Source: Pontiella sp. (GTDB taxonomy: Bacteria > Verrucomicrobiota > Kiritimatiellia > Kiritimatiellales > Pontiellaceae). Taken from it: DNA of 64,000 bases. Shown here piece by piece: positions 31,725 to 41,937 of the stretch. The notes under the pieces are model-generated. The model was given only the letters and a program-made list of their open reading frames with translations, did not search any database and was not told where the DNA came from. The translations under genes and the position numbers were made by a program. The DNA is taken from NCBI GenBank assembly GCA_050290185.1, contig JBNKHE010000003.1, positions 32,001 through 96,000 of the forward strand, in the 5' to 3' direction. Position 1 is the stretch's first letter; every line of letters begins with the position of its first letter.

Positions 31725-31951
31725 ATCTCGCAGAGCCACCCGAGCCAGCCTCACTTCGTGTCTCTGTTTTCTCTCGTTCGAGTCTGAGCCTGATGGCTCT
31801 TCCCTCAGAGTCGAAGACTGTGTGAGATAAAAATACGGAAGAAAGGTTCACGCAGAGCCAGCAGAGTCAGCCGAGAAGAAGACCTCTGTTATCTCTGTTG
31901 ACTCTGTGTGAGATAAAAAACGGAAGAAGAGTTCACGCAGAGCCAGCAGAG
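31725..31951. repeat. Composite repeat region: alternating CAGAG/CTCTG arms, a ~49 bp direct repeat and a 40 bp palindromic unit
   Basis: ctgtgtgagataaaaa..cggaagaa..gttcacgcagagccagcagag at 31818-31866 and 31904-31951; unit 31779-31818 recurs inverted at 55748-55787. Confidence 0.8.
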
Positions 31952-31967
31952 AAGGGAAGTAACTAAA

Positions 31968-32189
31968 ATGATATGTCGAGAAATTGAAATTGAAGATGAA
32001 TTGCATAAACATCTTGAGCGTATGGCTGGTCAGCATTGCCGTAGTATAGAGAAGGAAGTTCAGGTTTTACTCAGCCTTCTCATCCAGGATTCGGATTATC
32101 TGGATCATCTGGAACGCAAGATTCACCGCCGGAGTGCCGGAGAAGAATGGCATGACTCAGATTATCAAGGGTTGTTGGTGCGTTTATAG
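31968..32189 (+). CDS. Small FitA/Arc-like ribbon-helix-helix protein
   Basis: IEIEDELHKHLERMAGQHCRSIEKEVQVLL resembles the RHH pattern. Confidence 0.55.
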   Translation: MICREIEIEDELHKHLERMAGQHCRSIEKEVQVLLSLLIQDSDYLDHLERKIHRRSAGEEWHDSDYQGLLVRL

Positions 32190-32210
32190 TTCGGAGATTC
32201 ATATATTAAA

Positions 32211-32282
32211 AGCGATTAGCGAATGGCTTTTGGCATATAGTTTTTAGCCAATAGCCAATAGCCAATAGCCAATAGCCAATAG
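32211..32282. repeat. Left arm of four-helix-bundle gene 3, including (TAGCCAA)x5
   Basis: Five perfect copies at 32245-32279, preceded by GATTAGC GAATGGC TTTTGGC. Confidence 0.92.
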
Positions 32283-32303
32283 ACATGAGCCAGCTGATTC
32301 ACA

Positions 32304-32669
32304 ATGCGTGACTATACAAAAATTAAAGCCTGGGCCTTGGCAGACGATTTTGCTGTCGAGGTGTATCGGCGTACAGCCAGTTTCCCGTCCGACGAAAAAT
32401 ATGCACTGACTTCACAGGTCCGCCGGGCTGCGTATTCTGTAGCTGCCAACTTAGCGGAGGGGGCAGGACGGAGGACAAAAAAGGATTTCGTTCGCTTTCT
32501 TGATATGGCGCTGGGGTCGGCCAATGAGGCGACATACTTTATTCATTTATCCCACCGGCTCGCATATCTTGATTCTGGCTCGTTTACTGTTTTAAGGGAT
32601 CAGGCCGCATCGGTTAGCAGATGCTTGTCATCCTATATTCGAGCTGTTGAGAAAGATGTTAACCAATAA
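32304..32669 (+). CDS. Four helix bundle protein 3
   Basis: DYTKIKAW, FPSDEKYALTSQVRRAAYSVAANLAEGAGR, FLDMALGSANE. Confidence 0.93.
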   Translation: MRDYTKIKAWALADDFAVEVYRRTASFPSDEKYALTSQVRRAAYSVAANLAEGAGRRTKKDFVRFLDMALGSANEATYFIHLSHRLAYLDSGSFTVLRDQAASVSRCLSSYIRAVEKDVNQ

Positions 32670-32774
32670 CTATTAACTAATAGCTCATAGCCTTTAGCCC
32701 GAAGCTAATAGCCACCAGCTAACAGCCATCAGCTAATTACCACCAGCTAACATCTAACAGCCACCGGCCCATAG
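32660..32774. repeat. Right arm of four-helix-bundle gene 3 (NNNYAGC heptamers, ~14 degenerate units)
   Basis: TAATAGC TCATAGC CTTTAGC CCGAAGC TAATAGC CACCAGC TAACAGC CATCAGC ... Confidence 0.88.
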
Positions 32775-32942
32775 TCAGAGTCTGTATTTTCCCTTGTAAA
32801 CCCTGCATTGTTCAAAATTTTCTGAACAAACTGGTTGGTTTTCGGGGCGGGGTTGTGGTTCCATCTTATTTGTACGCATTCGGACTGTCCGAAGGGTGCG
32901 CCAGTCATATGAAATCCGCGTGTTCCATGCACCAAACTGGGA

Positions 32943-32986
32943 CGGTTTTGCCGGAGAAACGGCAATCGACCGCGGGCGGCAGCCCG
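32943..32986 (+). promoter_or_regulatory. JUMPStart/ops-like element, copy 2
   Basis: Hairpin CGGT..TTGCCG-loop-CGGCAA..ACCG, 1 nt, then GGGCGGCAGCC; same geometry as 17268-17308. Confidence 0.55.
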
Positions 32987-33294
32987 CGCAAATGAAGCTA
33001 TCAGCCAACCACCGTTAGCTAACAGCTTCCGGTATCTCTGTGTGCGATCTTCGGTTCAGAAAACCCAACTGCTAAAGGCTATCAGCTAATGGCTATGCAT
33101 AACTCCTAAAACTTAACACTTAAAACCGCGAACTCCGCTCGCTTTCAACGGATTCAACGGTAATCAGTCCCGCTAATGGCTAAAAGCTAGGACTCTAAAA
33201 TATCATTTCATAGTAGCGTCTACTTTTTTATTGTCTCATTTTAAATATGTGGTAACCATTGTTAATGGAATCTACTGTTTAATCTAGAGATTTA

Positions 33295-34452
33295 ATGAAA
33301 AAGAATGCGCTGATCACATATTTAATATTTATGACTTTAACATTTGTGTTTGCGGTTAGGAGTGCTTGTGCTTCGATCTTCAACGAAAACATCCATGCCA
33401 TGGTTTTGGGGCAGTCCAATATAGATGCCTATGTCGGCCCGGATGGGGTATATCAAGTACCGTGGCCTTCCGAACTGATTTCCGGTGTTACGAATGTGTG
33501 GAATTCCTTCTATGATAACAATGTGATCCGAAACTCGGGTAAATTGCGACGAAGATGGCTGACCGCTCTCGGACCAGATCTGTTCGGTGGATATGGGCTC
33601 TCCAAGTTATATGGCACGGTATACATAACGAAGTTTTCCAAGGGCGGATCCCCCCTGTCCGAATTCCAAACGACAGGAGCCAACTGGCCGCACATGGTGG
33701 CTGCGTACACAAATATGCAAGCCATCACGACAAACGCGGCAGGTCCGGTCGATGTGTTCTGGTGGGGGCAGGGCGAAGCCGACAAAACAAACACGAACTA
33801 TTATAACGATATGACCAACCTGTTCGCCAGTCTGGTATCCACCTTCGGGACAACGAATTCGGTGTTTGTCATTCAGGGGCTTGGTCCGTCCTTCACCAAC
33901 AGTGTTCCGCATTTTGCTTTTATGCAATATGCATCCGAAAATCCCGAAAGAGTGATTTACACGGACAATTCGGATCTCTCTTACTGGGATACTGTGAAAG
34001 TTCACTTCACTGCCGCAAGTCAGGTTGCCAATGGCTACCGTATGGCTGAGGCGACACTGCGCGTGATGGAAAAAACGACATGCACCTCATCGGGAACTCC
34101 CTACATGTGGCTTATCCGTCACGGCATTACTTCCGATTTTGGAATCGGGGAGATGGCTGATCAGGATGGAGATGGGTATAGCACGGCAGATGAATATATT
34201 GCCGATACGGATCCGTTCGACGCATCGGATGTATTTTCTGTTGCACTGGTGCCCTCCTCCCCGGGGGAGGCTTGGTCCATGAAATCTGCTCTTGGCAGGG
34301 AATACGGGGTGGCTACATGTACGAATCTTACTCAAGGTAGTTGGGAAGAGCCATATGTTTGGATTCCTGGAAGCGGCAGTGAAATTACGTTCTCGATAAC
34401 ACCGACGAGCTATCCAAACTTTTTCCAATTCGAGGTCAGACTCGCAGAATGA
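33295..34452 (+). CDS. Secreted SGNH (sialate O-acetylesterase-like) protein with C-terminal module
   Basis: LGQSN, WWGQGEAD, D...VHF; DQDGDGYS..DEYIADTDP. Confidence 0.75.
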   Translation: MKKNALITYLIFMTLTFVFAVRSACASIFNENIHAMVLGQSNIDAYVGPDGVYQVPWPSELISGVTNVWNSFYDNNVIRNSGKLRRRWLTALGPDLFGGYGLSKLYGTVYITKFSKGGSPLSEFQTTGANWPHMVAAYTNMQAITTNAAGPVDVFWWGQGEADKTNTNYYNDMTNLFASLVSTFGTTNSVFVIQGLGPSFTNSVPHFAFMQYASENPERVIYTDNSDLSYWDTVKVHFTAASQVANGYRMAEATLRVMEKTTCTSSGTPYMWLIRHGITSDFGIGEMADQDGDGYSTADEYIADTDPFDASDVFSVALVPSSPGEAWSMKSALGREYGVATCTNLTQGSWEEPYVWIPGSGSEITFSITPTSYPNFFQFEVRLAE

Positions 34453-34794
34453 CTATGTCATCGTAGGTGTAGGTTTTCCGTTCAAGAAGCCATTCATATC
34501 ATGGCAACATGCAACAGGGTGCGCTAAAGGGAACCATTTCATCGATTGGTTGCGGTGAGTAACCGGTGCGTTCTGTGCAACGCCTTCTGTTCGGATTGCA
34601 TGGATCCTTTTCATTCCCGTCAACCCTTCGTCCAGTATTTCGTGCTCCGATTTAACTAGTAGTGGATGCCTAAGTTTAGAAATCAACTGTTTGCCGGTGG
34701 CTGCGGGGAAAAAACTTCCGACTTCGCAGTCAGCTTAACTTGGAAATCAATGAAACGACTGCCTTGATATCACCTTTAATTCCTTCTGGTCATA

Positions 34795-36093
34795 ATGAAA
34801 AAAGCTCTAGTTAGCCATGCATTGCTGTTCACGAGTGGACGCATGCTGAATCTCCTTCTTGCCTATATCACGGGATTACTTATCGCCAGGTACCTTGGTC
34901 CGGAGGATTACGGGTCATATAGTTTTATTATCAGTCTCGGCACTATATTTCTTGTATTTGTTTCTTTGGGTCTTCCTCAAGTTGTCTTGCGAGAGCTTGC
35001 AAAAGATACTTCGAAAGACAAACACATCTTGGGAGGCGGCATTGTACTGTCGTTTACGAGTGCCATCATTATTGTATTCGGATTGGTGCTGACAATTTGG
35101 CTAACCAATATTCTGTCGCAAACGGAGAAAGTGTTTCTATCCATCTATTGCCTGCGATTAATGACGACTGCATTTCGTAATTTCCACATTTTTAATCAGG
35201 CTAAGTTGCGTGGTGGAAGTGTTGCAATAATAGAAATTAGTCAGTCTCTTGTAACTTTATCTTTAACGATTGTATGTATAGCGCTTAATGGACCCATATG
35301 GTTGCTTCTGTTCATCAACGCCTGTGAACCGGTGTTTATTGCTGTCGGCAATGGATTTTTATTTCTTAAGAAGGGGTTTCCTCCAATAGATTTCCGTCCA
35401 CATTTTGTTTGGAAAACCCTTCTGAAGGATTCGTTGCCGTACATTTTAACCGGCTCTGTTGTAATTATTTACCAGCGGGTTGATCAGGTGATGCTTCGTT
35501 ACCTCTCGGAAACTATAAATGTAGGCTACTATGCCAGTTCTGCTAAGCTGACAGAGATGGCCAGCATGGTTCCAACAGTTATCGGCGTTGCACTTTTTCC
35601 TATCATGGTCAAAAAATGTGAGGCAGATCCTGATAGTCCTTTTGTTGGGAGATTCTTCGATATCGTTATTTGGACAGCCGTGCCAATTACGGTGTTCTTG
35701 CTGGTGTTTGCCAAGAAGATCGTGCTGGTTTTATATGGGGATGCTTACCTGCCTGCCGTAAGTGCATTGCAAATCATGGTATGGAAAGGGGTGGTCAGGG
35801 GGATTGATGCCTCGATTAGTCAATGGGCTCTACTTAAGAACCTTCAACGTTATCTGCCAATACGTCAGGTTTGGGGTGGAATAATCAATGTAATTTTGAA
35901 TTTTCTGCTCATTCCCCGCTACGGAATTTCAGGGGCCGCGTTGGCCACGATTGCTTCGGTGGTGCTCGTATTGGTGGCGACTGGCTTTGTAAAAGAATTG
36001 CGACCCAGTATCGGGTTGGCGGTGAAATCATTGCTTTTGGGGCCATATCGCTTGACTGGTGAATTGATTGGATTCGTCAAGAGCAAGATATGA
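34795..36093 (+). CDS. wzx: Wzx-type polysaccharide flippase
   Basis: ARYLGPEDYG, IYQRVDQVML, VGYY, LIPRYGISGAALAT; many TM helices. Confidence 0.9.
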   Translation: MKKALVSHALLFTSGRMLNLLLAYITGLLIARYLGPEDYGSYSFIISLGTIFLVFVSLGLPQVVLRELAKDTSKDKHILGGGIVLSFTSAIIIVFGLVLTIWLTNILSQTEKVFLSIYCLRLMTTAFRNFHIFNQAKLRGGSVAIIEISQSLVTLSLTIVCIALNGPIWLLLFINACEPVFIAVGNGFLFLKKGFPPIDFRPHFVWKTLLKDSLPYILTGSVVIIYQRVDQVMLRYLSETINVGYYASSAKLTEMASMVPTVIGVALFPIMVKKCEADPDSPFVGRFFDIVIWTAVPITVFLLVFAKKIVLVLYGDAYLPAVSALQIMVWKGVVRGIDASISQWALLKNLQRYLPIRQVWGGIINVILNFLLIPRYGISGAALATIASVVLVLVATGFVKELRPSIGLAVKSLLLGPYRLTGELIGFVKSKI

Positions 36094-36101
36094 TCCGCAA
36101 T

Positions 36102-36640
36102 CATTACTGTCCGGTAAAATTACAAAGCATGAAAACCATCTGGTCAGAGTAGTTCTGCATCATGCCTCTTTCATGCGCCGGGCAAAGACGGTCGGGCTCA
36201 GGGCGGTTTTGCTCATGAATTTGAGGTGCGAGATCGGTAGGTAGTAGATCATCGCCTCCCATATTTGCGTCGGGACGTTTTTTAGATCCCCGGAAGGGTT
36301 TTTATCATCAGGTTCTGTTTGACCAATTTGCAGACAGTTCCATCTGTTAGCGTTGCTTGTAGATGGAGGCGATTGTGGTGGCGGAAAGTCGGAAGTTGTT
36401 TGTGATGAAATAGTAGACCTTGCCGGTACCTTTATTCTTGGTCACGACCATCTGTTTTTGAGGAATATTTCCGGGAACAGGTCGGGTTGTTGAGCTTGAT
36501 GAGACGATCGGAAAGCACACCTTTTCTTCTGCCTTCGCAGTGCTTGCCGGTATTGGGGTAGTCCATGTTAGTTTTGGCGCGGGTCACGAAAAATACCTTC
36601 GTTTTATGAATCTAAAGGATCCATTCGTATTCTAGGCTCG
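36102..36640 (-). mobile_element. Degenerate IS4-family transposase remnant with a putative terminal repeat
   Basis: Minus strand reads, across stops and frameshifts, YEWIL*IHKTKVFFVTRAKTNMDY, GVLSDRLI, YYFITNNFRLSATTIASIYKQR*QMEL, VKQNLMIK, TQIWEAMIYYL; end motif CATTACTGTCCGGTAAA at 36102. Confidence 0.85.
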
Positions 36641-36999
36641 AAAGCTTCTTGTTTATCGTGCTTTGTGATGAGACTCAATGTGCAGGGTTTTTCCGATGCA
36701 TCTGTGATTTCAAATGTTTGCCGGTCGCCAGTGATCGCAATATTATTAATTGGACTTGACGTCACAAAGGCAATTAGAATGGGCAACTATTTTTGAATCA
36801 TTGGCTACTGAGTCACTGCATTGTGGAGGCTTTGTCTGCACAAGGTACATCCTGTACGGTGTGCAAGATTGAACGGTCCATCAAGCTAGCGACGATTTTT
36901 TGGGATGCTAATATTCTGGGGAAATTTATTAGTTCAAGGTCAGGCTAGCCAACTAATGTTACAATCCTGTATTCCTCATTTTTTGCAGGGAAAATTATT

Positions 37000-37767
37000 A
37001 TGAATCATGTCGTACAGTTATCTCGGAAGGAAAAATTGGTAGATGCGTGTGGTTACTACGCCAATTGGATTGGGAAGGTCATCCACGTAGTGGAGTATCC
37101 AAAGTGCGGGGGGACGTGGTTGCTTAAAATGTTGAAAACCGCTTTGGATATCAAACTAAGGGGTGATGATGAGTTGTTTCTCCCTTTCGGCAATGTGGTT
37201 AAACGGCATGTGCAATTTGATCGACGTTACCTTATGCCAGTTATGGTTGTACGCGATCCGCGTGATGTGCTTGTCTCATATTTCTTCCATGAAACAAGTC
37301 ATCGCCCATCAAAAGCTGTCATGGAAAACATTCATTATGATCCGGAACAACCCATCGCGCACAACATGTTCAACTACATCCGGCTGAAGACAGAGCAACC
37401 GACTTTGACTTATCCTTTTTTTTCCTATGACCAGTTTGTCGATGATTGGATGGGTAAGCGGAAGAGTATGACATGGGTGAGATATGAGGATTTGCACACT
37501 CGGCCCGTTCATGAGTTGAGGCGTATCTTTTCAACATTCGGGTTTTCCATTGCAGACTCAAGGTTGGAAGAAGCCGTGGCGGCAAATACGTTTAAGCAGA
37601 TGTCCGGGGGGCGCTCCCAAGGCGAAGAGGATACCTCTTCACACCGTCGCAAAGGTATTGTTGGTGACTGGCATTCCTATTTTACGGATGAAATGTGCGA
37701 GTATGTACAGCACTCTTATCATCAGTTTTTTTCAAGATTTGGATATCAATCCCTGTCCACAGATTAA
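37000..37767 (+). CDS. PAPS-dependent sulfotransferase
   Basis: YPKCGGTWL (5'-PSB loop), RDPRDVLVS, RYEDL, RKGIVGDW. Confidence 0.92.
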   Translation: MNHVVQLSRKEKLVDACGYYANWIGKVIHVVEYPKCGGTWLLKMLKTALDIKLRGDDELFLPFGNVVKRHVQFDRRYLMPVMVVRDPRDVLVSYFFHETSHRPSKAVMENIHYDPEQPIAHNMFNYIRLKTEQPTLTYPFFSYDQFVDDWMGKRKSMTWVRYEDLHTRPVHELRRIFSTFGFSIADSRLEEAVAANTFKQMSGGRSQGEEDTSSHRRKGIVGDWHSYFTDEMCEYVQHSYHQFFSRFGYQSLSTD

Positions 37768-37770
37768 GGA

Positions 37771-39249
37771 GTGCTTTTCTTGAACGAATCGCTTAGAAGT
37801 ATTTTTTTTGTATTCCTGTTCTTCCTCCTCTTCGTGATCGGAAGCATTGTCGCCAGCCCACTGCTCGCAGGAATAGTACTGTGTGGTGTCTTCGTTATGG
37901 TCGCCATGATCGGCGCTCCTTCGACCGCCTTATGGTTGTTCTGGTTGTCTGCAACCATCATGACGTATGTAAACATCCATATTAGCAACAATCTCTTGGT
38001 GCGTTATGGCGATGATGTGTTTGCCCTTATACTGGTCGCGCAGTTCATTGCCATGAACTACATCTTTGCACGGACTGATGTAAAGGGGATGTTTAACGAT
38101 GCTAAAATGATATGGTGGTTATGGCGGTGCCTGCTCATTGTCTTTGCTATGTCCTGGTTGATCAATCTTGCCAGACCGGTTTTGGCCATCAACTTTTTCA
38201 TGAGTTATCTCATTTTCTTCATTATATTCATGCATGCGTTGCGCATAGGGACGGAGTGGGATGTTTCCAAGGTGATCAAGTTTATTTCGGTGTTCTTCAT
38301 CATCAACTTCCTAGTTGACCTGACTCGATTTGCCGGTTTGCACATTTTTCCAAATGTTTTCATTCTACACGAAGACTTGGCTGTGGGGCTGATCGGCGAC
38401 CAAACCGTTATGGCATATCTTTATTGCGGGTTGATTCCCATGGCATTGTATCTATTCTTGGGATCAAGAAAACATGCTGACCGGGTCAAGTACCTGATAT
38501 TGTTGGTTTTGTTTGTTATCCATTTTGTCCTCACGTTTACAGTACATGCCTATGGGTTGCTTGCGATTTCCGTACTCATCAGTTTTTTCATGGCGCGACG
38601 GGTGGTTCTTGCCTCTTCGATTGTTGCAGCAATCGTTTTTGGTTTTATAGCGGTCCAGAATATAGATTTGCCCGAATCGTTAAGGGCCTTCGAGGCGTTG
38701 AAGCTGGATAATCTTGAGTTGCGTTATGAGCATTTCAAGGAAGGCACGACGGTTGAGGTCTACAAACGTGTAATTGTGGATGCTAGGGATGATATGCAGG
38801 TTCCGGCGATTGGCGCAGGGCCGGGCATGTTTTCCAGCTCCATTGGTTTTCAGCGGTGGGATAACTGGATGGCCGCCAAATATATTCACGATCTGTACCT
38901 GACCTTCAGTGGAGAGATGGCTATGAGGGGGCGTAGCATTACTCAATCCACTATTAATGGTGTTTGTGCGATATGGGGAGAACTCGGTTGGCTCGGTTTC
39001 CTTGTGTTTTATGGGCTTCACATTTATCCCTGTTTCCGGCTGGGACGGTTCCTTTTCCAAAAGCGCTACAAGACCTTTGAGAAGCAGGCACTAGCGATTT
39101 TGTTCATTTCCGGAATGGTCACCTATGTCTTGGTGGAAACATTGCGTGATCAGTTGTATAGGGATGTTTTCCTTGGCTATTGGATTGTCCTTGCCTTGGT
39201 CTGGTATCCCGATGATTTGGATACAAAGAAAGTCGCTAATGAAACGTAA
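37771..39249 (+). CDS. Wzy-like polysaccharide polymerase
   Basis: Multi-TM protein; GAGPGMF loop and WGELGWLGF; lies inside the wzx cluster. Confidence 0.65.
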   Translation: MLFLNESLRSIFFVFLFFLLFVIGSIVASPLLAGIVLCGVFVMVAMIGAPSTALWLFWLSATIMTYVNIHISNNLLVRYGDDVFALILVAQFIAMNYIFARTDVKGMFNDAKMIWWLWRCLLIVFAMSWLINLARPVLAINFFMSYLIFFIIFMHALRIGTEWDVSKVIKFISVFFIINFLVDLTRFAGLHIFPNVFILHEDLAVGLIGDQTVMAYLYCGLIPMALYLFLGSRKHADRVKYLILLVLFVIHFVLTFTVHAYGLLAISVLISFFMARRVVLASSIVAAIVFGFIAVQNIDLPESLRAFEALKLDNLELRYEHFKEGTTVEVYKRVIVDARDDMQVPAIGAGPGMFSSSIGFQRWDNWMAAKYIHDLYLTFSGEMAMRGRSITQSTINGVCAIWGELGWLGFLVFYGLHIYPCFRLGRFLFQKRYKTFEKQALAILFISGMVTYVLVETLRDQLYRDVFLGYWIVLALVWYPDDLDTKKVANET

Positions 39250-40438
39250 GATGCGAGTGGTTTGGTTGTCGCCGTTCCCGATCGGCCTGCTCAGCGTTCA
39301 TGGGATTGCAACAACCCGGCCTGTAAATGGACATCCCTGTAGCTGGATCGTGAACTGGGCGAGGGCGTTGGCGCAACGTCCCGACATTGATCTGCATGTA
39401 GTGACCTATTCTTCCCGGGTTCGAAGGTCACAGCAGGTTGTTTTCGAGGGCTACACTGTTCATGTAATCCGCGATGCCATACCATTTACGGATCGTGGAT
39501 GGGCGGCGCTGTGGGACATGGATGCAGCATCGCACTTTTGGTTGCGCCGGAAGAAGCTTACAAACTGTCTTCAGAGCATCAATCCCGACATTGTGCATGG
39601 TCATGGTACCGAGAATGCGTATGGCCTCACAGCTGTAACTTCGGGATATCCTTCGGTTGTATCCATTCAGGGCATCATCAGTGACTATCTGCGCACCAAT
39701 CCATGTAGACGTTATCGCCTAGTTGCCCCGATCGAAGTTGAAACGATCAGGACTGGACACAACTTCATGTGTCGCACGCACTATGACAAGGGATTCATTG
39801 GCAAGGTGAATCCCTCGGCCCGGATGTTCCACATGCCCGAGGCCATGAATCCTTGTTTCTTTGAGGTGGAACGTAGCCCTACTAATGATTTTTGCGTACT
39901 GCACGTAGGCGGGTACGATGAAAGAAAAGGACTCGAGGATCTCTTGAGAGCGGTGGCAATACTTAAGGAGACCATCCCTTCCATCGTTCTGGAAGTGGTG
40001 GGTAGTGGGTCGGAGAAACGAAGAATGCATCTGGTCGAGGTTGCTAGGTCGCTGGGTATTCTTGACTGCATCACCTTTCATGGGTTTCTTCCTGCTCCGG
40101 CCATAGCTGAATTGCATGCCAAGGCATCAGTGTTTGCCATGACGTCGCAGAATGAAAACAGCCCCAACACCTTGGCCGAAGCTTTGTGCGCAGGTACTCC
40201 ATGCGTTGCCTATGATATGGGAGGTGTTGCATCCATGTTTGAAGACGGGGAGTCGGGTTTGTTGGTCCCCTATGGTAATGTCGAGATATTGGCCGAGAAA
40301 ATCAAACGGATCTTGGATGATCGAAATTTGGCGATCCGTTTAGGGCTAACAGCCAAGGACCGCAGCAATGATAACCGGCCTGAGCGAGTGGCGGAACTGA
40401 GTGTGAAGGCATACAAGGATATTCTTGATGAGGGATAA
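39239..40438 (+). CDS. Glycosyltransferase family 4
   Basis: PDIVHGHGTE, RKGLEDLL, ENSPNTLAEAL. Confidence 0.9.
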   Translation: MKRKMRVVWLSPFPIGLLSVHGIATTRPVNGHPCSWIVNWARALAQRPDIDLHVVTYSSRVRRSQQVVFEGYTVHVIRDAIPFTDRGWAALWDMDAASHFWLRRKKLTNCLQSINPDIVHGHGTENAYGLTAVTSGYPSVVSIQGIISDYLRTNPCRRYRLVAPIEVETIRTGHNFMCRTHYDKGFIGKVNPSARMFHMPEAMNPCFFEVERSPTNDFCVLHVGGYDERKGLEDLLRAVAILKETIPSIVLEVVGSGSEKRRMHLVEVARSLGILDCITFHGFLPAPAIAELHAKASVFAMTSQNENSPNTLAEALCAGTPCVAYDMGGVASMFEDGESGLLVPYGNVEILAEKIKRILDDRNLAIRLGLTAKDRSNDNRPERVAELSVKAYKDILDEG

Positions 40439-41084
40439 GGCGCTGAAGCGGACTTGGCGAAACTGGATCGTTTCCGGGTGGGATCTGATAACCATTCGAA
40501 TAAACGGAATATGGTCAACCTATCTAACGAGAATGAGTTTGTGGTGGCAGGGTTGCCTTGTGGAGAGGGGATTCAAGGCCCAAGGTATTTGCAAGATACG
40601 TGCACGGCGTTCCGGTTCAATTTCCCTTGGAAGGCAAGTGACTTTGGTATCGGCCTTTAATTGTAATCTCGTCGGGCTTGGTCATCGTTGCATACTGCAA
40701 ACGATGGGGGATGGAATCATTGAGATCGGTGACTATTCTGGAGGATCAGGCGTTGTCATATCAGCCCGATCTCATATTCGTATCGGGAAACACGTTAAGT
40801 TGGGTGGAAATGTTCGAATCTACGACCATGATTTCCATTCAGTCGATCCAGATCATCGTCGTAGCGGCGGTATGGATCAGCAAAATGTCCGCTCGTTTCC
40901 GGTGTTGATTGGTGACGATGTGTTTATTGGAGCGAATGCAATCATTCTCAAAGGGGTCTCTATCGGTGATCGCGCAATTATCGGAGCAGCATCCGTGGTA
41001 GCAAAAGATGTTCCCGCAGATGAGGTGTGGGCTGGTAATCCTGCCCGATTAGTTAGAGCTTTACCTACTGTTGAGTTGCCATAA
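40428..41084 (+). CDS. Hexapeptide-repeat O-acyltransferase
   Basis: IYDHDFH, VLIGDDVFIGANAIILKGVSIG, GNPAR. Confidence 0.9.
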   Translation: MRDKALKRTWRNWIVSGWDLITIRINGIWSTYLTRMSLWWQGCLVERGFKAQGICKIRARRSGSISLGRQVTLVSAFNCNLVGLGHRCILQTMGDGIIEIGDYSGGSGVVISARSHIRIGKHVKLGGNVRIYDHDFHSVDPDHRRSGGMDQQNVRSFPVLIGDDVFIGANAIILKGVSIGDRAIIGAASVVAKDVPADEVWAGNPARLVRALPTVELP

Positions 41085-41247
41085 TTAGTTCGCACCTAAC
41101 TGCCTAACTCTTTTCGACTGTGTAAAGTTAGGTGGACTGAGTTAGATCATGATTTTCGTGGGCGCTAGGATAGGTGAAGATTTCCAAATGGACATGGTTT
41201 GAGAATGGAATATAGCTGTAGATATTGTTGGTAACTTGAGGGGTATT

Positions 41248-41937
41248 ATGAAGATAAGGGCGTGTCGGTTTTTATTGCGATCAGCTATTGGGCGAACTGC
41301 TTTCGGGTTTAAGTTGTTAAAACTATTTGTCCGTGGTGAAAAGCGCCGTTTGATCGTCGGGCCGGAAACAGATGTTTGTATTGAGGGATATCCACGCTGT
41401 GCAAATACTTTTGCGGTTCTTGCATTCGAAGAGGCACAGGGGAAATGCCTAAATATTGCCCATCACATGCATTTGGCCGGGCAGGTAATTCTTTCGGTAA
41501 AAAAGGGCATTCCGGTTATTGTCCTCATCCGGGATCCGTTAGATGCCGCAGCTTCGCTGTTGATGAGGGAGCCGGAGCTTGGGGCAGACACGTGTTTGAG
41601 GTTATATCTTGATTTTTACAAGCCCTTGGTACCCTTCCTTGATAGGATAGTGGTTGCACCCTTTAAAATCGCTACTACAGATTATGGTGCGATCATCGAA
41701 GATGTTAACCGACAATTTTCGACGGCCTTTCATGTCTATAGGAATAGTGAAAGTGCCGATAAAGACATTTTCAAAAAGATATCCAACTTACCGGCCCATA
41801 AAAATGAACTGACGGTATCTATACCAACGACTGAAAAGAAAGCATGTAAGGAGAAAACACTTGCGTTGTTTGATGTTGAAGATTGCAAAGTCCTATTGCA
41901 GGAATGTAATCAAATCTATGCAAAGGTCAGTCAATGA
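41248..41937 (+). CDS. Sulfotransferase-like protein
   Basis: EGYPRCANTF and LIRDPLDA..S resemble the PAPS-binding motifs. Confidence 0.6.
   Translation: MKIRACRFLLRSAIGRTAFGFKLLKLFVRGEKRRLIVGPETDVCIEGYPRCANTFAVLAFEEAQGKCLNIAHHMHLAGQVILSVKKGIPVIVLIRDPLDAAASLLMREPELGADTCLRLYLDFYKPLVPFLDRIVVAPFKIATTDYGAIIEDVNRQFSTAFHVYRNSESADKDIFKKISNLPAHKNELTVSIPTTEKKACKEKTLALFDVEDCKVLLQECNQIYAKVSQ

Noticed and set aside
31725..33195. CRISPR array
   Set aside because: Repeats are short-period or present in two copies, with no regular unique spacers and no cas genes.
34453..34686. 77 aa minus-strand ORF
   Set aside because: No recognisable motif or RBS; probably spurious or a remnant.
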